From NCBI RefSeq assembly GCF_006345805.1, contig NW_021834118.1, forward strand, positions 1-26,772: a DNA stretch of 26,772 nt. The letters are read 5' to 3'. The notes under the pieces were generated by a model. That model worked only from the letters and a program-made list of their open reading frames with translations. It was not told the origin of the DNA and ran no database searches. How positions within the stretch are numbered: position 1 is the stretch's first letter; each line of letters starts with the position of its first letter. This document shows positions 1 through 10,300 of the stretch, one piece after another. The translations under genes were made by a program, and so were the position numbers. The stretch is from Octopus sinensis. Its lineage: Eukaryota.

Positions 1-141
1 CTGCGGGGAGTTTCTATGGTTAAGAAGAAACCATTGTGTTGTTAGAGATAGATGAGCATTACCACACTTTTGAAGTCCATTCTCGTGTAGTTGGAACATT
101 TCAAAAACAAACCAGACTTACAAGCATACAGATATTCTTCT

Positions 142-350
142 TTCAAATTTTGGGGGCAGGCCAACAACTTTGAGTAGCGTGTAAGTAAATCGAATTGACC
201 CCAGTACCTCACCTGGCACTTATATTATCTACCCCGAAAGCATGAAAGAGGAAGTGAACCTCCGCAGAATTAGAGCTCAGAGCATGAGGACGGACAAAAT
301 GCCGCTGAGCATTTTGTGTTGCGTGCTGACGCATCTGCGTGCTCGCTTCC
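142..350 (-). mobile_element. Decayed tRNA-derived SINE, family B (old copy)
   Basis: Colinear with the copies at 3436, 14002 and 26333 (gaccccagtac...gcacttatatt atctaccccgaaagcatgaaag...gaacctccgcagaattagagctcaga...gcattttg...gcgtgctgac) but with many substitutions and a different 3' tail (ttcaaattttggggg). Confidence 0.75.
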
Positions 351-406
351 TAAAGCCTCTAGAAATATTGTGATGATGATGCGGTAAAAGCATAACAACA
401 AATAGC

Positions 407-559
407 TTGGGTGTGTGGTAACAAACTTGCTTCCCAACCACATGGTTCCGGGTTCAGTCCCACTGAGTGGGACCTTGCGCAAGTATTTTCCACTATAGTC
501 CCAGCTCAACCAAAGCCTTGTGAGTGGATGCGGTACACAAAAACTGAAAGAAGCGTGTC

Positions 560-600
<41 letters not shown>

Positions 601-846
601 TCTCTCAAAGAGAGATTTACAGTAACAGTTCTTTCAAGTAAAGAGTTTTTGCCAACATAATGTGGCTGTCCCGAAGGGACGAGTGTTACTGTGGTTTAGG
701 TCCATATATATATTTCGTGTGGAGTGTACTGTGATGTCTCCCACCACCATCGCCTCACAACTGATTTTCGTGTTATACAACCACGTAACTTAGTTGTTCG
801 GCAAAAGAAACCGACAAAATAAGTATTAGGCTTACAAAGAATAATA
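407..846 (+). mobile_element. tRNA-derived SINE, family A, 3'-truncated, with a nested ~105-bp insertion (598-703) in its internal (TA)n tract
   Basis: Head with B-box-like ggttccgggttcagtcccact, followed by accttgcgcaagt...ccaaagccttgtgagtggat...ctgaaagaagc, (TA)n, then cgtaacttagttgttcggcaaaagaaaccgac...ggcttacaaagaataa. Colinear with the copy at 7592-8010. Confidence 0.85.
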
Positions 847-849
847 TAC

Positions 850-885
<36 letters not shown>

Positions 886-1330
886 ATGTAAGTATATATA
901 GGTAATATAATTTTATCGACTTACTCTATATGAAGTTGATGTTTTGTCCCACTAAGGACCGGAATACATTATCGACCATGAAATGTGGCGCAAACAGATC
1001 TGGCTACACCGCGTGGTGAGTTTGACTAGAAGATAATGAAGATGATCAGGAGGTGGAGGAGGTGGAGGAGGGGAGGACGGGGATGCTAACTATCAAGGTG
1101 ATGATGATGATGATAAAATATATTTTGTGGTTTTCTATAACTGAGCTACGCTGCAAAATATTATATCAATTTATATTGCTCAATAGGATGCTGGAAACTT
1201 TTGGTATACCCTGTATAGAAATGCAACCCTTTTGTATTTGCGAACACGTATATACACACACACACATACGCTCGCGCACTCCCATTCACTCACATACAGG
1301 CATGCATACATAAATACTTATATTCACACA

Positions 1331-1860
1331 CACACACACATATATATATATATGCATACATGCATATAAGCATATATATACCTATATATATGTATATATA
1401 TGTATGTATGTATATTTATATATATGTATATATATTTATATATATGTATGTATATATATTTATATATATGTATATCTATTTATATATATACATATATATT
1501 ATATATATATGCATACATGCATATAAGCATATATATACCTATATATATGTATATATATGTATGTATATTTATATATATGTATATATATTTATATATATGT
1601 ACGTATGTATATTTATATATATGTATATATATTTATATATATACATATATGTATATGTATACTTATCTAGCTATGTATATGTATATATATATACCTCTGT
1701 ATATATATGTATCCATATATTTCATCTCAGATTTATTGTGTCTACATGCTTATTCATCTACAGAATAATCTAGGTATGAATCTAAATCTAAATCTATTAA
1801 TATATATATGCATGTGCCTGAGTCACAACTGCATATACACCCACAAATACACTGACTTTA

Positions 1861-1896
<36 letters not shown>

Positions 1897-1990
1897 AATC
1901 TCTTTCTCTATCTCTCTCTCTATATATATATATATACATATATATATATACATATATATATGTATGTGTGTGCATGTATGTATGAATGTA
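1331..1990. repeat. Compound (TA)/(TATG) microsatellite with a ~157-bp internal tandem duplication
   Basis: gcatacatgcatataagcatatatatacctatatatatg occurs at ~1354 and ~1511, each followed by the same pattern of interruptions. Confidence 0.85.
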
Positions 1991-2454
1991 TGTATATGTC
2001 TACATTTACCAATGTACACAGATGTTCACATATGAATACGTAATACAATATTCGATTTACAATAAGTAGCGAATGAAATTTTTAAATATACTATTTAATA
2101 TTCCAATCATAATTCTTCATTTTAACTGTATCTAACAGACCTACTCTATTAAGAAAAAAAATGACTTTACTTTTGTTGTTTGCCACCCTTAACTCTTTGT
2201 GTTTTCTGATATTTCTATGAATCTTTTTACTCTTTTACTCCACGAGGCTCTGTTGGTCATTTGAAAAACTATTAACCTTTGCTTCTAAGCATGAATGCAT
2301 ATATATTCGCATGCATTGATTGCATGTGGTGTGTAGATGCAGGGACAGGTATGGGTGTGTGAATCATTTATATAACACGACTGAGAGATTTACTTATAGT
2401 TTCGTGCTTTTATGATACTTTAAATAGTCTTACTTATAAAACTGTAAAATACGC

Positions 2455-2714
2455 CATGTATCTGCAGGCACTCTTTCAGCGACGACTTCATCTCAATCGA
2501 AGGAGAGGGGCTTTCTCCGTCCGGGTTGCGGATCCGTGGAATAAGCTGCCGGACGAGATAGTGAAGATACCGACGACCGCTGAGTTCAAAGTCTCTCTTG
2601 ACCATAAATGGCCTGAACTCTTTGCATGAACACCCTCCCTGTACATAACTCCATGTCCCCCTACATGGCCTTGCTTTTTGCTTTTTGAGCCAAAAAATTA
2701 ACTTAATTTAACTT
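2455..2714 (+). mobile_element. CR1-type LINE 3' fragment (RT C-terminus, 3' UTR and short-repeat tail)
   Basis: Frame 2459-2629 reads YLQALFQRRLHLNRRRGAFSVRVADPWNKLPDEIVKIPTTAEFKVSLDHKWPELFA*, matching the CR1-group C-terminal pattern RR..FS.RV...WN.LP..V......FK..LD..W. The tail is aattaacttaatttaactta. Confidence 0.8.
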
Positions 2715-2959
2715 ATATATTTTGAACAATACATTTTTTTTAAAAGAGAAAACAGTGACGCTGGACATTGAGTAAGAATAGCCAGAAGAAGATTGACACA
2801 AAAAATTGAACGAGAATAAAGAAAGGAAAGCAAGAAGACCATGAATCCCATCCTTCCTCATTACAGAAACCCCAACTAATGTAAGAAAAGATAATGGGAA
2901 ATATGTCAATGTTTGCGAGACGTCAACCCAGTCCGGTACGAGTGTTGTCCTCCAGTTCG

Positions 2960-3372
2960 ACAAAAGATACCTGTTCAGTTGTCCGCACCTGCTAAAACCT
3001 TAGCAGTGTGTTGGAGTTCTTCCTCCTACGCATAAGTTGCATTTCTTTAATACGTTAAGATCTGGCGATTTCCCATTTGATTATATACGGTCTAGAGTTG
3101 GTCTTCAAACTCCACACGTGGCCAGACAAATCACTTGTATTACATTTCTGGATGTAGCGGAATTAAGAGAATTGGTTTGCATTACGTCCTTTGAAATTGT
3201 TCTCACATAAGTCGACGTAAATCTTCTTTTCAACTAAGTTACACTCAAGTGTTGCTGGTAGTTCTGCCTCATACATGAATGAGTATATCATACACATCTG
3301 ATCAAGTGGGCAACCCTCAGTGTCTCGACAGCTACAATGCTGATTTTTACAAGTTACATTGTTCGTCATATT
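2960..3372 (-). mobile_element. Penelope-like retroelement GIY-YIG endonuclease remnant (Cys-rich linker, Naiad-like)
   Basis: Minus frame: HCSCRDTEGCPLDQMCMIYSFMYEAEL...KKIYVDLCENNFKGRNANQFS*FRYIQKCNTSDLSGHVWSLKTNSRPYIIKWEI, then KCNLC after a frameshift. It shows the CxC-x5-C-x5-C linker, a degenerate GIY-YIG (Y..A...YVDL..FK.R) and S.LS.H.W.LK...IKW.I. Contains stops and frameshifts. Confidence 0.8.
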
Positions 3373-3399
3373 AGGGTATTTTTTCTATACACACACACA

Positions 3400-3435
<36 letters not shown>

Positions 3436-3440
<5 letters not shown>

Positions 3441-3645
3441 CTTTACTACCCAAAATGGGCTAAACACAGAGGGGACAAACAAGGACAAACAAAGGGATTA
3501 AGACGGTTACATCGCCCGCAGTGCATAAATGGTACTTAATTTATCGACCCCGAAAGGATGAAAGGCAAAGTCGATCACGCCGGAATTTGAACTCGGAACG
3601 TAACAACAGACGAAATAAGGCTATGCATATCGGCCGGCGTGCTAA
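3436..3645 (-). mobile_element. SINE family B, lacking the 5' head
   Basis: On the minus strand: ttagcacgccggccg...gttccgagttcaaattccgg (B-box-like), ctttgcctttcatcctttcggggtcgataaattaagtacca, and the tail gtccttgtttgtcccctctgtgtttagccc...gtagtaaagaaata. Confidence 0.9.
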
Positions 3646-3658
3646 TATATATATACAT

Positions 3659-4241
3659 ATATATAACAATTTAGGAATGGCCTTAACAGGCCATTCGTCC
3701 ACTAGACAGAGCAGCCATAACTCCAACCGCCAAGTAATGTAATTCGGAAATAGGTGAAAAATTTAAAACGTTTACCCTAATTCATCTTTTAGACGATGCA
3801 TCGTTTATGCGTTTTTAATGATAGACCAGCTTAATTAAATTAAATTAAGCTAATCTACCATAGGTCACGCTTCGTCAGTAAAGAAACCTTTGGTAGAGGC
3901 AAATATACAGGAGGCTACTGCATCGAAGCCTCTGGAATATCTGTCTTAAAATTTTCGAAGACCAGCGCAATCGCGCCAACCTTATCAGCAGCAAATATAA
4001 ACTGCCGATTCAATCTCAGAATTAGTCAGAAAATAATCAATTAATCAATTTAGGGTAGTAAAAAATTCGATAGAAATTTATCACTACCAGCAGAAACGAT
4101 GCATCGTCTAAAAGATGAATTAGGGTAAACGTTTTTAATTTTTCACCTATTTCCGAATTACATTACTTGGCGGTTGGAGTTATGGCTGCTCTGTCTAGTG
4201 GACGAATGACCTGTTAAGGCCATTCCTAAATTGTTATATAT
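3659..4241. mobile_element. Inverted-repeat element: ~148-bp arms (3659-3806 / 4094-4241, 2 mismatches) around a 287-bp spacer; probably a Penelope-like terminus with an inverted partial copy, or a MITE
   Basis: atataacaatttaggaatggccttaacagg...gatgcatcgttt is repeated as its reverse complement. The left end abuts a short (TA)n run. The left arm plus spacer contains a hammerhead core on the minus strand. Confidence 0.85.
3786..3885 (-). ncRNA. Type I hammerhead-ribozyme-like motif (core G mutated in this copy)
   Basis: CUUUA (3883-3879), CUGACGA (3878-3872), A, stem II GCGU/ACGC with a 19-bp distal helix, A, UAAA (GAAA in the inverted copy at 4093-4096), palindromic stem III CGAUGCAUCG, GUC triplet (3794-3792), then UAAAAG pairing back to CUUUA. 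Confidence 0.6.
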
Positions 4242-4283
4242 TTACATTTTAGTCTCATGACTATTTTTCTTTTTCACTGGGCC

Positions 4284-4333
4284 GCTGGTAGTGATAAATT
4301 TCTATCGAATTTTTTACTACCCTAAATTGATTA
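4284..4333. repeat. Perfect 50-bp inverted copy of 4042-4091
   Basis: gctggtagtgataaatttctatcgaattttttactaccctaaattgatta is the exact reverse complement of 4042-4091. Confidence 0.9.
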
Positions 4334-4340
4334 TATATAC

Positions 4341-4371
<31 letters not shown>

Positions 4372-4377
4372 ATATAA

Positions 4378-4730
4378 GCATAGTGCCAAGGACTCCAAAT
4401 TTTCCATCAATATGTACGGCAAGATACTGTGATAGCCTGGGCTTCAGAGGTCCACAGCTCTTCAATATCCTCCCGAAAGACCTGAGAGACCTGCATGGGA
4501 TGGATGCAGATGTCTTTAAAATAAAACTGGATCTCTTCCTGTCAGGTGTCCCAGATGAACCAACTTCACGGCAGGAGGTGCAGATGAGGGTAGCTGCATC
4601 GAACACTCTCATGCAACAAATGGCAATTGCTAAAAAGCATTCGTGAAGTCAAATCATGTAGCAACACCGAATGTGGTGCCCCAGCATGGCCATAGCTCGT
4701 GAGCTGAAACTAGATAAGATAAAATAAAAT
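4378..4730 (+). mobile_element. 5'-truncated LINE 3' end (CR1/L2-group-like RT C-terminus, 3' UTR, A-rich tail)
   Basis: ORF 4383-4646 ...CDSLGFRGPQLFNILPKDLRDLHGMDADVFKIKLDLFLSGVPDEPT...AASNTLMQQM fits the SF..RGP.LFN.LP..LR.....FK..LD.FL..VPDEP C-terminus. It ends in gataagataaaataaaat. Confidence 0.85.
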
Positions 4731-4774
4731 TATATATATATATATCTATATATATTATATAATATATATATATA

Positions 4775-4816
<42 letters not shown>

Positions 4817-5367
4817 GATATATATATATATATATAACCCAAAAATATGCAACAAGAATGGATCGGTAGTTTAGTACAATTGTTTCATACTATAACAATT
4901 TATTAAAGCTGCAAATATTACAGCAAATATAATGTTAAGTAATCTTCAGCTAAATTTCATATAGGTTTTCCAAACATCTTAGAGAGTGTAAATATGCTTA
5001 TAAAGTTATAGATGTGAGCTCCAGGAACTTGAAGCAAGATTCCAAGCAGACCATATATGCTTTCCAACAATACAAAGTTCTTAAATTAATTAGTGACATC
5101 CCAGAGAAGGTAAATATACTCATAAAGATGTGGATATAAATTTCAGGAAACATGAAAAAAGATGCCAATCAGAACACGATATATATATATAATATATATT
5201 ATATATATATATAGTCAGTTGATATGCGTTCTGTTAAGAACGTATAAGAGTACAAATAGAGCTCGTTCACTTTTAGAATTATCAAATAGCCGGTAATATT
5301 CTTATGTTGTGCTACCAATTCTAGTCTTAGGTAATCCTCGTGTGTGAAAATAAAAATTTTAAGTGGA

Positions 5368-5726
5368 AAGTATAAGATTCGAAAGGAAATGTATGTACGG
5401 TTATTCACCTTTTTTAATCGCTAGAAATATTTCGATACATACAGATCCTCCTATGTACAGGATTTAAAGTTACGTTTAAATTAAATTATTTAACGATTTA
5501 CCTGTATAAGAAGATGAAACTGTGTTTCAAAGAAGCCATGCAGACAGCAACTGAGTATCACCTGACGAGATACATATAGATTTTCTTATACAGGTAAGTC
5601 GTTACATAATTGAATTAAACTTAACTTGAAGTCCTATATATACGAGGATTTGTATGTATGGAAACATTTGTAGCGATTAAAAAGCTCCCTAACCGTCCAT
5701 ACTCTTCCTTTTGACTATTTTACTTC
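5368..5726. repeat. Old foldback: ~145-bp imperfect inverted arms (5368-5512 / 5582-5726) around a ~70-bp spacer
   Basis: tttttaatcgctagaaatatttcgatacatacagatcctc...atttacctgtataagaa pairs with ttcttatacaggtaagtc...gaggatttgtatgtatggaaacatttgtagcgattaaaaa. Identity is roughly three quarters by eye. Confidence 0.85.
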
Positions 5727-5782
<56 letters not shown>

Positions 5783-5799
5783 GTGTGTGTGTGTATGTG

Positions 5800-5844
<45 letters not shown>

Positions 5845-5960
5845 GTGTGTGTGTGTATGCATGTATGTGTATGTGTGTGTTAATGTGGGGGATGGGGGCG
5901 TGTCTGTATAGGCTTGTTGATACAAAAAGGTAAAAGGTATCACAAAGTTGGGTAAATATT

Positions 5961-6331
5961 CATTTTTATTTTTTACTTGTGTCATTCATCTGAATACGAC
6001 AATGCTGGAGCACACCCTTAAAGTGCTTTTTAGTCCAAGAAATGGACGCCAGAACCTATTCTTTATAAGCCTACTGCCCCATTTCTTTTGCCGAACCGCT
6101 AAAAAACACACCAACATCGGTTGTCAAGCGATGTTGGGGACAAACACCGACACACAACCATACCCCGCACCATATACATATATACGACGAGCTTCTTTCA
6201 GTTTCTTTCTGCCAAATCCACTCACAAGGCTTTGGTCAGCCCGAAGCTATAGTAGAAGACACTTGCCCAAGGTGCTACGCAGTGGGACTGAACCCGGAAC
6301 CATGTGGTTGGTAAGCAAGCTACTTACCACA
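5961..6331 (-). mobile_element. SINE family A
   Basis: Reverse complement of the family-A consensus (cacttgcccaaggtgctacgcagtgggactgaacccggaaccatgtggttggtaagcaagctacttaccac), with the 3' part gctggagcacacc...ttttacttgt. Confidence 0.9.
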
Positions 6332-6334
6332 TGC

Positions 6335-6546
6335 ATGTATGTATTATGTATGCACGCATGTGTGCCTGCATGTATGTATGTATGTATGTATATATGTACG
6401 TATGCATGAATGCATGTGTGTATGTATATATGTAAGTATATATGTATGTATGAATGCATGTATGTATGTCTGTATATATGTATGTATGAATGCATGTATG
6501 TATGTATATACGTATGTATGTATGTATGAATGCATGTATGTATGTA

Positions 6547-6583
<37 letters not shown>

Positions 6584-6590
6584 GTAAGAA
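6335..6590. repeat. (ATGT)n/(TATG)n tetranucleotide microsatellite
   Basis: Direct inspection. Confidence 0.95.
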
Positions 6591-7591
6591 AGTATGTAGG
6601 TATGAAAAGGTATACTGAATGTGATCCTATGAAAATTTTCAAAGGAGTTTCAATCTAACCTTATGTAAGAACGTACAGAAAAATATATGTAATGTTTGGT
6701 GTGGTGGGGGATTAAATTGATGTCGAAATGGGAGGAGTGAAAATGCAATAGAAATTAATAAAAAAAAGCTGAAAAAATATGAAGCCGGGGAAAAAGCTTT
6801 GTAGATGTTGATGGGATATAGATAAGAACCATATTAATATTGTGAATTCAGGAGAAAAAGTAAAGTATCAGAAGTTATGAAATATATACGCGTAGTATGA
6901 ACGCGAAGATTTAAAAAGTAAAATAAATGCATAAGAAATTGCTTTAAAAAATATGCATTAAAATCATACGCGTTTGCAAGACAACTTAAAAAACCAGCAT
7001 TACATGACCAGGGGGCAGACGTAGTAATGGAATATGCGCTGTTTTTAATGTAACTGTACGTTTTAAAGTCACAGTGGTTGTAAGTTACAAGGAAGGCAAC
7101 GATAATGGAGATAATAAGAAAAGATGGTAGCGAGGTTTTTCGGTTCGGGGAAATAATAAATAGTCAATAAATAGTCAATACTTGGTCAATAAATAAAGCG
7201 GTTAAGATCGTATATTTCAATGTGTCAGTTCAATACACTTAAGACATTAGGCAGCAAAAAAAAATTGCACAATAAATACTTCGAAGTGTGCTTGCAAGAA
7301 TTCAATAATTCGATATTTTTTTCTCAAAATTGCCTTCCGTTGAATAAACTAGAAAGTGAGAAGCTTTCGCTCATACATATGTTACACTGCACGGTTGATC
7401 AAAGAATATTCTAAGATTGGCCAACGAATTTGATATGATATGGCTGGATAGGATACATTGATACATTTAAACGCGAATTGGAAACATGTGCACTAAATAT
7501 TTTTTTCTCGATATTGAAAGGAAATGATCTTGTTGGTAATAACGCGTCTTGAAACTACTGGTCGTTTAGCCAATGTGTCTTCGAAACATAT

Positions 7592-8010
7592 GGCGCAAGA
7601 GTGGCTGTGTAGGAAGTAGCTTGCTTACCAACTACAAGGTTCCGGGTTCAGTCCCACTGCGTGGCACCTTGTGCAAGTATCTTCTAGTATAGCCTCGGGC
7701 CGACCAAAGACATGTGAGTGTATTTGGTAGACGGAAACTGAAAGAAGCCCGTCGCATATATATATATATATGTGTGTGTATGTATGTATGTGTATATATT
7801 TGTGTGTCTGTATTTGCCCCCCCCCCAACAACACTTGACCACCGATGTTGGTGTGTTTACGTCTCCGTAACTTGGCGGTTCGGCAAAAGAAACCGATAGA
7901 ATAAGTAGTAGGCTTCCACAGAATAAGTCCTGGGGTCGATTTGCTCAACTAAAGGCGGTGCTCCAGCATTGCCACAGTCAAATGACTGAAACAAGTAAAA
8001 GAGTAAAAGA
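7592..8010 (+). mobile_element. Full-length SINE family A (tRNA-like head, central domain, internal TA/TG microsatellite, LINE-like 3' tail)
   Basis: ggcgcaagagtggctgtgtagg (A-box-like), ggttccgggttcagtccc (B-box-like), caccttgtgcaagtatcttc, an internal (TA)(TG) tract, ggcggtgctccagcattgccacagtcaaatgactgaaacaag and the tail (taaaagag)n. Confidence 0.92.
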
Positions 8011-8304
8011 ATGTAAAGAGAGTAAATATGTATGTGTGCATATATATTATAGATAGGCACATATATATTAACTCTTTATGTGTATGTGTTTGTGAGAGTA
8101 TGTGTATTTGTGTATTGCATTTGTGTTATACTTCTATACAAATCCATTACACTTATTCGCTCAGCTGTGACTAACAGTCAATTAAAAGATTAAGCGCTTA
8201 AAATTTAAGATTTAAAGCCAGTTTATGTAAACCAGCCTCATGGGTTATATCTTCATGAGTTTATCAAAACACATTAATCCGATTTCAAAACAACAACAAA
8301 AAAC

Positions 8305-8735
8305 CTGTTTAGGGCAACTGATCGCTGCCGTTATTTTTACTTTTGCGTGGTTTTTGCTATTTACGTTATTCTCATCACCACAGGGTGTCTCACTTGTGAT
8401 CAGCCCATCCGTTCTCAATCTCAGCGTACCTAGAATTACACGCTCTAAAATTTCTATTGAACATATTTTTGGTTTTTGAATTAAATCAGTAAGGCATACA
8501 TCGAGGGAAAGATTCGCTGCCATTTCTTGCTATGAGAGAGGTCACGGAAGGCCTTCCATTTTCTTCTGTCGCAGTTGACATTGTTTTTGGCGCCGTTGTA
8601 TAAAAGGGCGCTGACTCCCAACGGCCGAACCTATAATTAAAATCTTTAGATCTCTTAAACCTCCCTGTCCTTTTCCCAAACGCATCGCAACACCATTCAA
8701 TTTTGTACTCTCCAAACGCAATACTCAAAACACTA
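8305..8735 (-). pseudogene. Decayed Tc1/mariner-like transposase, C-terminal half
   Basis: Across frameshifts on the minus strand: EWCCDAFGKRTG (cf. VW..IS..G), ALLYNGAKNN (cf. FQQDGAPAH), QRIFPSMY then TDLIQKPKICSI (cf. PDLNPIENIWSI, same length), AEIENGWA (cf. AI.EEW) and the terminal SKNNGSDQLP* (cf. I.NNGGH..*). Motif order and spacing fit, but the alignment is by eye only. Confidence 0.55.
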
Positions 8736-8960
8736 AAATTAAATTAGAATGTTATTTCAAATAACTTAAATGCTATATATATGTATATACATAATCAAAA
8801 TAAGCAACAAGGATATCAATAGAATATCCATGTTGTTATTTTGATTTTAATCACCATACTTTAAAATTGTATAGATAATACCGTAGTAAATTCAGTTGCC
8901 TCAACTTAAGTACCATATTTATCTGAATCTAAATTTTTGAGGAACTCATCTAAAATACCC

Positions 8961-9251
8961 AACACACACACACACACATATATATAGACATATATATATA
9001 TATGTATATATACATATATGTGTGTATATATGTATATATGTATATATATATATACATAAATATATATGTGTATATATATATACATATATATATATATCCA
9101 TAGATAGATATAGACAGATAGATGAGAGAGAGAAAGAAAGAAAGAAGCACACTGACAGGTTCCAATATATATATATATATATATACATATATATATAATA
9201 TATATATATATGTACGCGTGTATGTGTGTGTATACATATACACATACATGT

Positions 9252-9337
<86 letters not shown>
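8961..9337. repeat. (CA)n/(TA)n compound microsatellite
   Basis: Direct inspection; includes a ~70-bp pure TA run at ~9265-9333. Confidence 0.95.
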
Positions 9338-9341
<4 letters not shown>

Positions 9342-10300
9342 CCTTATTTTGCTTTTCGTGTTTTGTAAAACAAGCTGACGACCATACTTCTGTTATTTGA
9401 TAGAGATACGAACATTCTAGAATTTCTAATTTCATATAAAATAATCAAGAAACTTGAATGTTTATAATGAAATCCTTATTAAATTATTCGAAGAATTACA
9501 TTAAAAGATCACTGTAGTTTGTATTATAGAAATATTCATTGCGCTGTTGTACATATACGATGACAACCCTTTCAAATACATTGGAAATTATTATGATAAA
9601 GCTTAAAGAAATATATTTCAGAAATAAATTAAATAGCCTCAATAAACATATAATTAGAAAATTCAAGTTTCTGTGGAATAATCCCCTTTTATTTCGATTG
9701 TAAGTACTTGTTGAGCAAATACATTTTAAAATTAAATGGAATTATTTGCCTCAAAGAATTGCATTTAAGAAAACCATGAAACCTTGAACGATCGTTAATT
9801 GCATTAATATTAACCATTTCAATATTAAGAATTTCGCTACCTCTTCAGTTATCATTAACAATGGAAAATTAACATCTAAACAACTGCCAAAACGCTACAA
9901 AATTTAATTGCTTTGTAAGAACAACTTGTCATTTAGATGGAATTTGCTTAGCTATTCCCAGCAGAAAATATGCAACGGTTATTATTCCATCGATAAATAT
10001 AATGCACGTTTAACGATGGATACTTGAATACCATATGTAATCAACGTAAATATACATTTCATATTCGAGTCAGAAACTTGGATACATTCTTGTCGAAAAA
10101 TATATGGAACCTAAAGCACACGAATTGAATTTTAATACCCAACGAAAATAAAAAAAGTTGCTAAAGGCTTACAGAGAAACAACTACATTTGTCAGATTTG
10201 CTTTATAAGCTGTAAAGTAATTCGGTTGCCTAATGAAGATATCCCGGTCTTAATTTAAACCTTGCTTTGTCATGCTCCCAGAGTTAAATTCGAAAGATTA

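Noticed and set aside
930-1050. Possible RTE 3' end (IIDHEMWRKQI* followed by GAT repeats)
   Set aside because: Too short and degenerate to support, with no TSD.
5513-5581. Type II hammerhead in the foldback spacer (GAAAC ... CTGACGA)
   Set aside because: Stems I and III cannot be formed with the required NUH spacing.
7592-7670. tRNA gene
   Set aside because: It has A/B-box-like motifs but no cloverleaf, and it continues into the SINE body; the same holds for all other SINE heads.
8599-8606. TATAAAAG box
   Set aside because: It lies inside the antisense strand of a transposase remnant, with no downstream initiator or gene evidence.
8305-8735. Two-exon host-gene model on the minus strand (gat|gtatgc...ctag|gt joins in frame)
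   Set aside because: Tc1-like motifs appear in the expected order across several frames and run through the supposed intron, so a decayed transposase explains the region better.
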